DNA of 64,000 bases from Rhodanobacter sp. (GCA_035530315.1 DATKVA010000160.1:11941-75940), one strand, 5' to 3'. Counted from the first letter of the stretch, positions 10,215-25,454 are shown. Notes: a model not told the origin generated them from the letters alone. Translations and numbers: made by a program.

Positions 10215-11081
10215 GTGATGCTTGGTGTGGCTTTGCTGGTATTTCGTGAAGTGATGGAGGCGGCATTGATCGTCTCCATCGTGTGTGCTGCCACACGGGG
10301 TGTGGCGCGACGGGGATGGTTCGTGACCACCGGCATCGGGCTCGGCATTGCCGGCGCCCTGCTGGTGGCGATGGGCGCCTCGCTTATTGCCCGTCTGGCC
10401 AGCGGCTCAGGACAGGAGATCTTCAACGCCTGCGTGCTGCTGTCCGCGGTCCTGATGATCGGTTGGCACGTGGTGTGGATGTCCAAGCACGGTCGCGAAC
10501 TGGCACAGCACATGGGAGCCGTCGGCAGCGCCGTCAGAACAGGCGCAAGTTCGCTGACATTGCTGCTGGCGGTGGTGGCGATTGCGGTGCTGCGCGAGGG
10601 CTCCGAGATCGTGTTGTTCCTTTATGGCATGGCCATCGGCGGAATCGGCGCGGCCGGGCTGGCCGGCGGCATCGCGTTAGGCGTCGGCAGTGGTGCACTG
10701 CTCGGCTTTGCGCTGTATTTTGGTCTGCTGCGGATCCCGATGAAGTACTTCTTCAGCGTCACCAACTGGATGCTGGTGTTGTTGGCGTCGGGGCTGGCTT
10801 CCACGGCTGCGCGCTTCCTAGTGCAGGGGGACCTGTTGCCGGCCTGGGGCACCCAGATCTGGGATACCTCCTGGCTGCTGTCGAACGGTTCGCTGGCAGG
10901 CCAGACGTTGGGCATCCTCATCGGCTATGACGCCAGCCCGGCGGGCATCCAGCTGGTCTTCTACGTCACCACACTGCTGCTGTTGGTGGTCGGCATGCAA
11001 CGATTGAGCCGGATCCTGCCGTCACTCTCACCAAGGACGCGCTCGCTACGCACGGATCCGGTTTCCGAGTCGTTGCGCTAA
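10215..11081 (+). CDS. FTR1-family iron permease
   Basis: Two REXXE motifs (FREVMEA, LREGSEI); multi-TM. Confidence 0.93.
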   Translation: MMLGVALLVFREVMEAALIVSIVCAATRGVARRGWFVTTGIGLGIAGALLVAMGASLIARLASGSGQEIFNACVLLSAVLMIGWHVVWMSKHGRELAQHMGAVGSAVRTGASSLTLLLAVVAIAVLREGSEIVLFLYGMAIGGIGAAGLAGGIALGVGSGALLGFALYFGLLRIPMKYFFSVTNWMLVLLASGLASTAARFLVQGDLLPAWGTQIWDTSWLLSNGSLAGQTLGILIGYDASPAGIQLVFYVTTLLLLVVGMQRLSRILPSLSPRTRSLRTDPVSESLR

Positions 11082-11169
11082 CCCATCCTCTTTTTCACTC
11101 GCGCGCATCCCCGGCAATTGCCGCCGGACGGGAGCGTGCGTCCTGAATCATCAGCCAAGGAGCCATCCC

Positions 11170-11943
11170 GTGTATCCATTCTCCTCTCAAAAATCTCCAG
11201 TTCTGCGATCCCACGGTCGCGTTCGGAATTCACGCACCCTGGGCGTAGGAGTGATCCTCCTGCTCGCCACCGGAGCGGTTCAGGCGGACGACTACATCGT
11301 TTACTCGCCGCACGTTCTCGCCACCCAGTCGGAGATCGAGCTGCGTGGTTATGGCTATGGCGATCCACGCGCCGACTTCACCGGTGGTCACGCTGCCGAA
11401 CTCTCGATTTCCCACGCGTTCACGGATTGGTGGAAGCCGGAAATTTATCTCTCACGGTATGAGAAGGAACCGGGAGGCCCTGGGCGCCTGCTGGGCTACG
11501 AGTTCGAGAACACGTTTCAGTTCACGCAACCGGGTGAATATTGGGCCGACTTCGGCTTTCTGGCCTCATACGAGCACCAGATCGTCGCCGACAAACCCGA
11601 TGCTGTCGAGTTCGGACCGTTGATCGAGAAAACGGCAGGGAGGTTCACCCACCGGTTCAATGCCATCTGGGAGAAGCAGGTCGGCGCGGGCGCGGACGGC
11701 AAGTATGAGTTTCGCTACAGCTATTCGGGCACTTATGCGGTTTCCGCCGCTTTTCGTCCCGGCATTGAGGCCTATGCACGGCCTGCGGATCGCGCGTATC
11801 AGGCAGGCCCCATCGTCGCCGGTGAATGGCATGTCCCCGGCACGACCAGCAGCCTCGAATACCGCGTCGGAGTGGTGCTCGGCATCAATGCCGCAGCCCC
11901 ACGGCGGACATGGTTGGCCCAAGTGGAATACGAGTTCTTTTGA
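11170..11943 (+). CDS. Putative outer-membrane beta-barrel protein
   Basis: AAGGAG RBS, GTG start, signal peptide ending AVQA, alternating aromatic/polar strands, C-terminal YEFF. Confidence 0.7.
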   Translation: MYPFSSQKSPVLRSHGRVRNSRTLGVGVILLLATGAVQADDYIVYSPHVLATQSEIELRGYGYGDPRADFTGGHAAELSISHAFTDWWKPEIYLSRYEKEPGGPGRLLGYEFENTFQFTQPGEYWADFGFLASYEHQIVADKPDAVEFGPLIEKTAGRFTHRFNAIWEKQVGAGADGKYEFRYSYSGTYAVSAAFRPGIEAYARPADRAYQAGPIVAGEWHVPGTTSSLEYRVGVVLGINAAAPRRTWLAQVEYEFF

Positions 11944-12012
11944 TCGACGTAGACGACGACGCCGATACGTGTCGTACTCGCGCAGATGGTCATTTCTCCG
12001 CGCTCGAAAGAC

Positions 12013-14957
<2,945 letters not shown>

Positions 14958-14961
14958 GACT

Positions 14962-16569
14962 TCATTCCCACTCGATCGTCGCAGGCGGCTTGCCACTTAT
15001 GTCATAAACAACGCGAGATATTCCTCGTAACTCATTGATAATTCTATTTGACACCGCACCAAGGAACTCGTATGGCAGGTGTGCCCAGTGCGCCGTCATG
15101 AAGTCGATGGTTTCCACCGCGCGCAGTGCGATCACCCACTCGTAAGCACGTGCATCGCCGACCACGCCGACCGATTTCACCGGCAGGAACACGGCGAACG
15201 CCTGGCTGGTCTTGTCGTACAGATCGGCTTTGCGCAACTCGTCGATGAAGATCGCGTCGGCCTGCGCCAGCAGTTCGGCGTACTCGCGTTTCACTTCGCC
15301 AAGGATGCGCACGCCAAGCCCCGGGCCCGGGAACGGATGGCGATAGACCATGGCACGCGGCAGCCCGAGTTCCACGCCGATCCGGCGCACTTCATCCTTG
15401 AACAGTTCGCGCAACGGCTCGACCAGCTTGAGTTTCATGTGCGCCGGCAGGCCACCGACGTTGTGATGGCTCTTGATGACGTGGGCCTTGCCGGTCCTGC
15501 TGCCGGCTGACTCGATCACGTCGGGATAGATGGTGCCCTGTGCCAGCCACTTCACATTGCCGCCGGCCGCGATGAGTTTCTCCGACTCTTCGTCGAAGAT
15601 CTCCACGAACAGGCCGCCGATGATCTTGCGCTTGGCCTCCGGATCGGCGACGCCGGCCAACGCGCTGAAATAGCGCTCGGCCGCGTCGACGCGAATGACC
15701 TTGACGCCCATGTGCCTGGCCATGGTCGCCATCACCTGGTCGCCCTCCTCCCAGCGCAACAGCCCGGTATCGACAAACACGCAGGTCAGGCGATCACCGA
15801 TCGCCCGATGCAGCAATGCCGCGACCACCGAGGAATCCACGCCGCCGGACAGCCCCAGCAGCACGTGATCGTCACCGACCTGAGCCTGCACGCGGGCAAT
15901 CTGGTCCCCGATGATGTTGGCGGCGGTCCACAGCGTGGCGCAGCCGCAGATCTCGGTGATGAAGCGCTTGAGTAGCGCCGCGCCCTGCTTCGTGTGCGTC
16001 ACTTCCGGGTGGAACTGCACGCCGTACCAGTGTCGGGTCTCGTTCTCCATCACGGCGACCGGGATACGCTCGGTGCGACCGGTAACGGTGAACCCCGGCG
16101 GCGCCGTGGCAACGTGGTCGCCGTGGCTCATCCAGACATCCAGCCGGTGGCTGCCGGCATGATCGGTCAGGCCCTCGAACAGGCGACCGGGTGCGACGAT
16201 GTCCACTTGGGCATGACCGAACTCGCGCGCATCGGCTGCTTCGGTGGCACCTCCGAGCTGCGCGGCCATGGTCTGCATGCCATAGCAGATGCCAAGGATC
16301 GGCAGGCCCGAATCGAAGACCTCCTGTGCGGCTTTCGGCGCATCTTGCAGCGTGGTCGATTCCGGGCCGCCCGACAGGATGATGCCCTTGGCGCCGAACG
16401 CGGCAATCTCGGCCGGGTCGTGATCCCACGCCCATATTTCGCAATACACGCCAAGCTCGCGGATGCGACGTGCAATCAGCTGCGTGTACTGCGCGCCGAA
16501 ATCGAGTATGAGGATCTTGTCGCCGTGGATGTTTTGCGTGGGGACCGGCGAAGCAGGCAGCGAAGACAT
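14962..16569 (-). CDS. guaA: GMP synthase (glutamine-hydrolysing)
   Basis: [50 protein letters not shown]. Confidence 0.98.
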   Translation of the reverse strand: MSSLPASPVPTQNIHGDKILILDFGAQYTQLIARRIRELGVYCEIWAWDHDPAEIAAFGAKGIILSGGPESTTLQDAPKAAQEVFDSGLPILGICYGMQTMAAQLGGATEAADAREFGHAQVDIVAPGRLFEGLTDHAGSHRLDVWMSHGDHVATAPPGFTVTGRTERIPVAVMENETRHWYGVQFHPEVTHTKQGAALLKRFITEICGCATLWTAANIIGDQIARVQAQVGDDHVLLGLSGGVDSSVVAALLHRAIGDRLTCVFVDTGLLRWEEGDQVMATMARHMGVKVIRVDAAERYFSALAGVADPEAKRKIIGGLFVEIFDEESEKLIAAGGNVKWLAQGTIYPDVIESAGSRTGKAHVIKSHHNVGGLPAHMKLKLVEPLRELFKDEVRRIGVELGLPRAMVYRHPFPGPGLGVRILGEVKREYAELLAQADAIFIDELRKADLYDKTSQAFAVFLPVKSVGVVGDARAYEWVIALRAVETIDFMTAHWAHLPYEFLGAVSNRIINELRGISRVVYDISGKPPATIEWE

Positions 16570-16652
16570 GGAGGGTCCTTCAGAGATGCGGCAATCGATG
16601 ACAAAGCGAGGTTTTCCGGTTCCTGGTCCCTGGCCCCCCGGTCCCTGGCTCG

Positions 16653-18137
<1,485 letters not shown>

Positions 18138-18339
18138 TTATACGCGCCGTCCCGTCAAGCCCGCCAGATCTGCGACTGAATATCAGGCCAACACGGCAGC
18201 TGCGGGGCATTGTTTCCGGCGTGGGGCCAAGCGGATCTGGCGGCAACTCGTTGCGAGAATCCGCCCGCACAGCCATCCCGGTGATACACGACGTGCCCTG
18301 CCGCGCAAAAGTCCCGGGTGGGAACGTGCGTCCTGCTGC

Positions 18340-19743
18340 TCAGCGCGTACGCTTGATCAGCTCGGTCACCATGCGACGACGTTTCTGCTGCTGCTCTTTG
18401 GTGAAAACCTTCTTGCGCCCGGCGTAGGGATTCTCGCCCTCGCGGAAGCTGATGCGCACCGGCGTACCTTCCAGCTTGTAGCGTTTGCGGAAGAAGTTTT
18501 CCAGGTAACGCTGATAGGACGGCGCGATGTGTTTGGTGCGGGTACCGTGGATCACGATGGTCGGCGGGTTGTTGCCGCCCGGATGCGCGAAGCGGAGCTT
18601 TGGCGAGTGGCCGTTCACCAGTGGCGGCTGGTAGCCCTCGTAGGCCTTCTCCAGCGTCTTGGTGAGATCGGACGACACCAGCACCTTGGTCGCCGAGGCA
18701 TGCGCGCGCACCACGGCACGCATCAGCTCGCGCAGGCCCGAGCCATGCAGTGCCGAGATATAGACCTGCTTGGCCCACTCGACGAACACCAGCCGTCGAT
18801 CCAGCGCACGTTTGCACTCGTCACGCTGGTACTGGTCCATGCCGTCCCACTTGTTGACGGCAATCACCAGTGCCCTGCCCTCGTCGATCGCGTAACCGAT
18901 CAAGGTAAGATCCTGATCGGCCAGGTTCTCGTGGGCATCGACAAGCACCACCACCACTTGCGCCGCGGCAATCGACTGCAGCGTCTTGATGATGCTGAAT
19001 TTCTCCACGGCCTCTTCGACGCGCGCCTTGCGGCGGATACCTGCCGTGTCGATCAGCGTGTATCGCTTGCCGTCACGTTCCAGCGGCACCCGGATGGGAT
19101 CGCGCGTGGTGCCGGCGACATCGGAGACGATCAGCCGGTCCTCACCCAGCAGGCGGTTGATCAGTGTCGACTTGCCGGCATTCGGACGGCCGACAATGGC
19201 CACGCGAATGCTGCCATCCTCGCCGTTCGCCTCGACCGTGCTTTCTTCGTCGAGCGGCAGCAGCCGCAGGACGGCCCCGATCAGGTCATCGGTGCCGCGA
19301 TTGTGCGCGGCGGACAATGGCAAGGTCGTGCCGATGCCGAAAGCAGCAAACTCGGCCAGCACATTCTGCTCATCCAGACCATCGGTCTTGTTGACCGCGG
19401 CGATGATCGGCTTGCCGCTGCGGCGCAACTCGTTGAGGATGGCATAGTCCTGCGGCAGCAGGCCCTCACGGGCATCGACCACGAACACCAGCACATGCGC
19501 CTCTTCGATCGCCAGACGCACCTGCCTGGCAGTCAGGACATCCATCGCCTGCTCGATACCCGACAGGCCGCCGGTATCGACCACCACGAATGGCCGTTCG
19601 CCGCTGCGGCAGACACCGTAGTGGCGATCGCGGGTAACGCCTGGCATGTCGGCCACCAGGGCATCACGGCTGCGCGTCAGCACATTGAACAGGGTCGATT
19701 TACCGACATTGGGGCGACCCACGAGTGCGACGACAGGCAACAT
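18340..19743 (-). CDS. der: Ribosome biogenesis GTPase Der
   Basis: Tandem G domains GRPNVGKS / GRPNAGKS, DTGG/DTAG, KH-like C-terminus. Confidence 0.98.
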   Translation of the reverse strand: MLPVVALVGRPNVGKSTLFNVLTRSRDALVADMPGVTRDRHYGVCRSGERPFVVVDTGGLSGIEQAMDVLTARQVRLAIEEAHVLVFVVDAREGLLPQDYAILNELRRSGKPIIAAVNKTDGLDEQNVLAEFAAFGIGTTLPLSAAHNRGTDDLIGAVLRLLPLDEESTVEANGEDGSIRVAIVGRPNAGKSTLINRLLGEDRLIVSDVAGTTRDPIRVPLERDGKRYTLIDTAGIRRKARVEEAVEKFSIIKTLQSIAAAQVVVVLVDAHENLADQDLTLIGYAIDEGRALVIAVNKWDGMDQYQRDECKRALDRRLVFVEWAKQVYISALHGSGLRELMRAVVRAHASATKVLVSSDLTKTLEKAYEGYQPPLVNGHSPKLRFAHPGGNNPPTIVIHGTRTKHIAPSYQRYLENFFRKRYKLEGTPVRISFREGENPYAGRKKVFTKEQQQKRRRMVTELIKRTR

Positions 19744-19765
19744 GATGGAAACGCAGTCCCTGCAG

Positions 19766-20983
19766 TCAGTGCGCCGAGAGACGGTAAGCGCCGATATGGC
19801 CCTTCACGTCCTCGACATAGACGATGTCGCCCACCACCAGCGGCTGGGCTCGAATCGGTGTCGCAGATTTCAGCGGTAATTTCATCGACAGGCGCTCGCG
19901 TGCCGCAAGGGCACCGTCACCGGTCTGCAGCCAATGCACGTAGCCTTCCATGTCGCCGACGACCACGTAGTCGCCCTGCACCGCCGGGGCGGTCAGCCAG
20001 CGGTATTTGAGCGAGTCATTCTTCCAGATATCGGTACCGCCGACCTTGTCGAAAGCCCACACCGTTGAATCATCACTGACACCATAAATCGCATTGCCAC
20101 TGATCGCGAGCGAGTCATAGGTGGAAAACGGGTGCGACCACAATGGGCGTCCGCTGGGACCGTCCACGGCCACCAGGTTGCCGTGATAGGCGGCGCCGTA
20201 GAGCGTGCTTCCATCCAGCAGGATCGCCCCGTCAACGTCATCGAGCCGCTCGATCTCGGTGCGGCCTTCGCCGCTGCCCAATTGCTGCTCCCACAGCTTC
20301 GAACCTGTGTCCAGGCGCAGAGCCACCAGCTTGCCGTCGTCATTGCCGAAGAACACCACGCCTTTGGCGACCAGCAGCGAACCGTTGCCGCGCAGACTCA
20401 GCAGCGGCACGTTGTCCATGCCATACACCCAGCGTCGCTTGCCGGTTGCTGCATCCAGCCCGTAGACGCGGCCATCTTCGGTGCGAACCACCACCAGATC
20501 ATTGGCGATCACCGGTGAGGCAAGCACCTCGGAGTCCAGCTCGGCCTGCCAGCGTGGACTGCCGTCCTTGGCATTCACACCGTAGACATGACCATCGAGT
20601 GTGCCCACGGCGAGCAGGTCGCCACTGACCGCCGGACCGCCGGCATACGTTGCATCCTTGCGCTTCTTGTCACCCCAGCCGAACCAGCCGTGGATACGCG
20701 AACTCTTCGACCACAAGGTCTTGCCAGTCGTGGCATCGAAGGCGGCCAGCTTGCCGTCGGTACTGTCCGCATAAAGCACGCCAGCCACGACCGTAGGGCG
20801 CAAACGCACGCCACTCTCGCCCGCACCGTCACCAACGCTGACACGCCACAGTCTGGTTACCTGCACCGTGGGCTTGAAATGCTTGGCCAGAGGGGTCGGC
20901 GGCTGGACGTTTTCTTTCTTGAACGAATGGCAGCCGGCAAGAGCTACCAGCGAAGTCAGTGTGATCAGCAAAATTCGTTTCAT
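19766..20983 (-). CDS. bamB: Outer membrane protein assembly lipoprotein BamB
   Basis: Lipobox LAGC, PQQ-type propeller repeats, conserved position before der. Confidence 0.93.
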   Translation of the reverse strand: MKRILLITLTSLVALAGCHSFKKENVQPPTPLAKHFKPTVQVTRLWRVSVGDGAGESGVRLRPTVVAGVLYADSTDGKLAAFDATTGKTLWSKSSRIHGWFGWGDKKRKDATYAGGPAVSGDLLAVGTLDGHVYGVNAKDGSPRWQAELDSEVLASPVIANDLVVVRTEDGRVYGLDAATGKRRWVYGMDNVPLLSLRGNGSLLVAKGVVFFGNDDGKLVALRLDTGSKLWEQQLGSGEGRTEIERLDDVDGAILLDGSTLYGAAYHGNLVAVDGPSGRPLWSHPFSTYDSLAISGNAIYGVSDDSTVWAFDKVGGTDIWKNDSLKYRWLTAPAVQGDYVVVGDMEGYVHWLQTGDGALAARERLSMKLPLKSATPIRAQPLVVGDIVYVEDVKGHIGAYRLSAH

Positions 20984-21630
20984 GCACCCTGCTTCCCGGC
21001 TACAGCCAAATCATCGAGTTTCATCTGCAAAACGCCACGCTGCGGCGCATCCTCGCTCAGTGACGACAAGGCCGCCTGGTACGCCTTGCGTGCATCGTCG
21101 GAACGTCCAAGCTTGACCAGCACATCACCGCGGAGTTCCTGGACCAGCCCTGCATAGATACCGGCCGGAATGCTGTCGAGCGTCGACAGCGCTGCCGTGG
21201 CGTTGCCGCGCGCCAACTCAACCTGTGCGATGCGCAATTCGGTCAGCGATTTCAGTGCCGGATTGCCGGCATGGCTTCTGGCCCATTCCAGCGATGCCTC
21301 GGCCTTGTCCAGCTGACTGGACTGCACTTGCTGCTTGGCGCGGTCGCTGACGGCGAAAACCGCGTATGGCGACCCGGCATGGTCCTTCATCAACTGTTCG
21401 GTGAACTGCGCAGCAGAGTCCGGCTTGCCGGACGCCAGCGCGATCTGCACCTGCTGGTAGAGCTGTGCCGCCTCACTTTCGTTGCGGGCCTGATGGTTGC
21501 GCCATTGTTGCCAGCCAAAAATGCCCACCAGGCCAATGGCGATCCCGACGACGATGGACAATCCATTTTCGTGCAGCCATTTTTGTACGCGTTCGCTTTG
21601 TTCGTAGTCGTCGTATTCGTCAAATGCCAT
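20980..21630 (-). CDS. yfgM: YfgM-family TPR membrane protein
   Basis: YDDYEQSERVQKWLHENG, single TM, ELRGDVL; start at ATG 21630. Confidence 0.88.
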   Translation of the reverse strand: MAFDEYDDYEQSERVQKWLHENGLSIVVGIAIGLVGIFGWQQWRNHQARNESEAAQLYQQVQIALASGKPDSAAQFTEQLMKDHAGSPYAVFAVSDRAKQQVQSSQLDKAEASLEWARSHAGNPALKSLTELRIAQVELARGNATAALSTLDSIPAGIYAGLVQELRGDVLVKLGRSDDARKAYQAALSSLSEDAPQRGVLQMKLDDLAVAGKQGA

Positions 21631-21782
21631 ACCATCACCATTCAGATGGCCGCGTACTCGCAGAAGCGAGGGGCGGCCGGAGCGGCAAGTAAAAGGGAAA
21701 AACCATCCAGTCCGCTCGGTGCCGAGCGGACAATGGACAAGCATAACCGAAATGACCTGCCCGGAGCGGTCGGGAACTGCGG

Positions 21783-22766
21783 TCAAAGGCTGGCAGTGGA
21801 GACCTTGCCGTCCTGCATCTGCACGCGGAAATGGGCCACGTTGGCATGTCGGAAGCCATCGAGCGCCAACGGTTGACCGTCGACCTTGAGCTGTGCGCCG
21901 TCAACATTGCCGATGCGGACATCCAGCGGCTGATCGCTTTGGTAAGTCTTGTTGCTGCTGGCAGGCAGTAGGCCATACTCCAGCCTCGTGCCATCGCGTT
22001 CGACCACTTCGACCCAACTGGCCGCACTCAGCGATAAACTGAGGCTCAAGCCCGCCGCTCCGTGATCGGCCGCATTCACGGCTGGTGGCGCGGGCGATGC
22101 GGTGGTCGTTCCCTCCATCTCGGGAAACGGCGCCATCGACGCCATCAGAGGCTGTTCGCTGGACGGCGACTTCCGTTGCTGTGCCTTGGCCACGGACACG
22201 GCGGGCAGACTGCGGTGGCTCTGTGCAACCTGCTTTGCCGGTTGCGCGACCGGCGAGGCATCCAGCGGTGCAAGATGACTGATGTCGCGATCCAGCGTGC
22301 CGCGCACACCCAACCAGATCATCGGGACCACGATCACGGCCGTCAGCACGGTGTAGGTTATCGCGGTGACGTAGCGATCCAGCAGGAATCGCGAGTGCGA
22401 GATACCACCGGTGGTCACCAGAGGCGGCTCAATCTGGTTGATGCGATCGAGTTCAACCTGGATCAATGCCTGGTCGATACCCAGGTAACGCCCATACTTG
22501 CCGATGTAACTGCCGAGATAAATCTTCGAATCGATACCGTCGTATTCGTCCCGTTCGAGCTGGCGCAGAATACGTGCCGGCAGCTTCAAGGTCTGCGCAC
22601 ACGCCTCGAGGCTCAGTCCCTGTGCTTCACGTGCCGCATGCAGTCGATTACCGAAACTCACCGAGTGAGGGTCTGTCTGCGACATATCGACATTGACCAA
22701 ATTGATCCCGAACAGATCGGGATTGTTCTTGTCCTGTTCGATCGAAAGTGGCTGCATGGCGGTCAT
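21783..22766 (-). CDS. rodZ: RodZ-family HTH / DUF4115 protein
   Basis: GNRLHAAREAQGLS HTH, central TM, WVEV..DG..L and RIGN C-domain; alternative start 22685. Confidence 0.85.
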   Translation of the reverse strand: MTAMQPLSIEQDKNNPDLFGINLVNVDMSQTDPHSVSFGNRLHAAREAQGLSLEACAQTLKLPARILRQLERDEYDGIDSKIYLGSYIGKYGRYLGIDQALIQVELDRINQIEPPLVTTGGISHSRFLLDRYVTAITYTVLTAVIVVPMIWLGVRGTLDRDISHLAPLDASPVAQPAKQVAQSHRSLPAVSVAKAQQRKSPSSEQPLMASMAPFPEMEGTTTASPAPPAVNAADHGAAGLSLSLSLSAASWVEVVERDGTRLEYGLLPASSNKTYQSDQPLDVRIGNVDGAQLKVDGQPLALDGFRHANVAHFRVQMQDGKVSTASL

Positions 22767-23557
22767 GGGCTGGTCTTGACATCAAGGGCGTGCGCCTGCT
22801 CGGAATCCGGGAACAGGGTTTGCAATCGCTTGCTGTAAGTCAGGGCGCCTTCCAGGTTCCCCAGGCGGTTTTCGATATCGTGACCGAGCTTCAGCGAGGC
22901 GGGGCTGGGTTTGCTCAGCGCTTCAAAGCGTTGCAGGAAAGCCCGGGCACCGAATGCATTGTTGCGCAGATAAAGCGTATTGGCCAGTTGAAAGAGTGCC
23001 TCTGCGTTGTTCGGGTTATGCGCGATGGCGTCACGAAAACTCGCTTCCGCAGCAGATGGGTGGTGGGCCATCTGCTGGCAGACGCCTTCATTTGTCAGAG
23101 CCACATCGGGCGTCTTGTAGAACGGGTCGGCGATTGCTTTTTTGAAGTATCCGATCGATTCGTCGATTTTCCCGGTATGGCACAGGAAAACACCAAGATT
23201 GTTGTTCGGCGCACCTTTGGCCGGCTCAAGCTCGACCGCTTTGCGGTAATGCAGCTCGGCTTCGGGAAGGTTGTTGATTTTTTCGTAGAGTACGGCAATG
23301 ACGGTATGGGCAGGCGCATAGTCGGGATCGAATTGCAGTGCCATCTCCAGCTTTTGAAGCGCTGTCTGCAGATCGCCGCTGGCCATGTAACGCTGGCCCA
23401 GTTCGGTATGGATGCGTGCCGCGTCCACGGCCTGCGATTTCTTGCTGGTTTGGGGCAGGCTCCTGCCCAGCGAACTGCTGTCCGTGCGCGTCGTGACGCA
23501 ACCGGCCAGAGGCAACGACAACAACAGGCTGAGTATCAGTATCCGGTCAAATCGCAT
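22763..23557 (-). CDS. pilW: Type IV pilus biogenesis/stability lipoprotein PilW (PilF)
   Basis: Lipobox LAGC, TPRs, [14 protein letters not shown]; start ATG 23557. Confidence 0.92.
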   Translation of the reverse strand: MRFDRILILSLLLSLPLAGCVTTRTDSSSLGRSLPQTSKKSQAVDAARIHTELGQRYMASGDLQTALQKLEMALQFDPDYAPAHTVIAVLYEKINNLPEAELHYRKAVELEPAKGAPNNNLGVFLCHTGKIDESIGYFKKAIADPFYKTPDVALTNEGVCQQMAHHPSAAEASFRDAIAHNPNNAEALFQLANTLYLRNNAFGARAFLQRFEALSKPSPASLKLGHDIENRLGNLEGALTYSKRLQTLFPDSEQAHALDVKTSP

Positions 23558-24677
23558 GCACTGCCCCCTCATCGATCCGTTTGCGAATATCTGCGCTGCG
23601 CCGGGTGCGATCTGTGACCTGTCCCGCAAGTTGACCGCAGGCGGCGTCGATATCGTCCCCGCGTGTACGCCGCAACATGGTCAGCACCCCGGCGTTCAGC
23701 AGCTGCGTCTGGAAATCGTGGATCGCATCTGCGCCGGAACGTTCGAAGCGAGTCCCCGGAAATGGGTTGAACGGAATCAGGTTGACCTTGCAGGTCGGCA
23801 GCTTGCGCATCAGCTTGATCAACTGGCGGGCATGGGCAGGCTGGTCGTTGACACCTTTCATCAAGGTGTACTCGAAGGTGATCGAGGTGCGTGGCTTGCG
23901 TGCGATCCAGCGCTGGCACGCCGCCAGCAGGTCGGCGATCGGGTAGCGTTTGTTGAGCGGCACCAGTTCAGTGCGCAACTCGTCGTTGGCCGCATGCAGC
24001 GACACCGCCAGCGATACATCGATCTCGGCCGAGAGCAGGTCGATCATCGGCACCATGCCTGCGGTCGACAGGGTGACGCGCTTGGCGGCTAGGCCGAAAC
24101 CAAGGTCGTCGCGCATCAACTTCATCGCCCTGACCACGGGCTCGAAATTGGCCAGCGGCTCGCCCATGCCCATCATCACCACATTGGTGATGCGGCGATT
24201 CTGATGGGTGACGTTCCCCAGGTATTTTGCCGCCACCCACACCTGACCGATGATTTCGGCGGTGGAAAGATTGCGGTTGAAACCCTGCGCCCCGGTCGAA
24301 CAGAACTGGCAGTTCAGCGCGCAACCGATCTGCGAGGAAACGCACAGCGTGCCGCGCGTCGGCTCCGGGATGTATACCGTCTCCACGGCGTTGCCCTTGT
24401 CCATCCCCAGCAGCCACTTGTGCGTACCGTCGGTAGCCGCCTTGTCCACCATGGTTTTCGGCGCGCCGATGTAACAGACATCGGTGAGCTTGGCACGCAG
24501 TGCCTTGCCCACGTCGGTCATGTTCTCGAAGTTGTCTTCCAGGTCATGGTAGATCCACTTCATCACCTGCTCGGCCCGATACGGCTTCTCGCCGATCTGC
24601 GTGAAGAAGTCGCGCAAACCCTGACGATCGAAGTCGAGCAAGTTGACCTTGGAGGAACTGGCGACAACCTGGTTCAA
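23547..24677 (-). CDS. rlmN: Dual-specificity rRNA/tRNA methyltransferase RlmN
   Basis: [28 protein letters not shown]; start placed at TTG 24677 because the longer ORF runs into the repeat array. Confidence 0.96.
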   Translation of the reverse strand: MNQVVASSSKVNLLDFDRQGLRDFFTQIGEKPYRAEQVMKWIYHDLEDNFENMTDVGKALRAKLTDVCYIGAPKTMVDKAATDGTHKWLLGMDKGNAVETVYIPEPTRGTLCVSSQIGCALNCQFCSTGAQGFNRNLSTAEIIGQVWVAAKYLGNVTHQNRRITNVVMMGMGEPLANFEPVVRAMKLMRDDLGFGLAAKRVTLSTAGMVPMIDLLSAEIDVSLAVSLHAANDELRTELVPLNKRYPIADLLAACQRWIARKPRTSITFEYTLMKGVNDQPAHARQLIKLMRKLPTCKVNLIPFNPFPGTRFERSGADAIHDFQTQLLNAGVLTMLRRTRGDDIDAACGQLAGQVTDRTRRSADIRKRIDEGAVHAI

Positions 24678-24697
24678 TGGGTAGCTCTTATTGAAGA

Positions 24698-24876
24698 GTG
24701 CGGCCACGGATGGCCGCGTTTTGATCTTCGCGTTCACGGATGAACGCACTGGTTTTGAAACGTGCGGCCACGGATGGTCGCGTTTTGATCTTCGCGCTCA
24801 TGCATGAACGCACTGGTTTTTGAAACGTGCGGCCCTGGATGGCCGCTTCTTGATTTCCGCGTTCAAGGGCGAATGC
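24698..24876. repeat. Tandem array of ~64-bp units (2 full + 1 partial), six hairpins, REP-like
   Basis: Units start at 24698, 24762, 24827; each has GCGGC-loop-GCCGC and GCGTT-loop-AACGC hairpins. Confidence 0.9.
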
Positions 24877-24882
24877 AAAAAA

Positions 24883-25308
24883 TTACCTGGAAAGCACGTC
24901 GGTCGCAGCAAAGAAGTAGGCAATCTCGCCCTTTGCGGTCTCGACCGCATCGGAGCCATGCACGGCATTGGCGTCGATCGAGTCGGCAAAGTCGGCGCGG
25001 ATCGTGCCCGGTGCGGCTTCCTTCGGATTGGTGGCCCCCATCAGATCGCGATGCGCCAGCACGGCGTTCTCGCCTTCCAGCGCCTGGATCATCACCGGGC
25101 CGGAAATCATGAAATCGACCAGTGCCTTGAAGAACGGGCGCTCGCGATGTACGGCATAGAAGCCCTCGGCCTCCTGCCGCGACAACTGCTTCATCCTGGC
25201 GGCAACGATCTTGAGACCGGCCTTTTCAAAACGTGCGTAAATTTCACCGATGACATTCTTGGCAACGGCGTCGGGTTTGATGATCGAAAGGGTGCGCTCA
25301 AGCGCCAT
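24883..25308 (-). CDS. ndk: Nucleoside diphosphate kinase
   Basis: [26 protein letters not shown]; start ATG 25308. Confidence 0.98.
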   Translation of the reverse strand: MALERTLSIIKPDAVAKNVIGEIYARFEKAGLKIVAARMKQLSRQEAEGFYAVHRERPFFKALVDFMISGPVMIQALEGENAVLAHRDLMGATNPKEAAPGTIRADFADSIDANAVHGSDAVETAKGEIAYFFAATDVLSR

Positions 25309-25454
25309 ACGGGTCAGCTCCGGAAAGACGGATTCATGAAAGATAGTACGAACGGCCTGGCCGCCAGATGGACCAAACTTCACAAGAATTGCGGGTTTAG
25401 CCCACCAAAGTCTGACAGATCCTAGCTCATTCGCAAAGATCCTGTTGCCTGCAA

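Noticed and set aside
15033-15060. Fur box or dif-like site in the guaA tail
   Set aside because: Only one half-site (TGATAAT) matches Fur, and the dif resemblance is limited to GGTGCG
21630-21783. ispG and hisS missing between rodZ and yfgM
   Set aside because: Differs from E. coli but, as I recall, is the usual Xanthomonadales arrangement
24678-24749. N-terminal extension of RlmN in the ORF track
   Set aside because: It is translated repeat sequence; a TTG start with an upstream AAGAG fits better
24698-24876. CRISPR array
   Set aside because: Units are near-identical end to end with no unique spacers, and there are no cas genes
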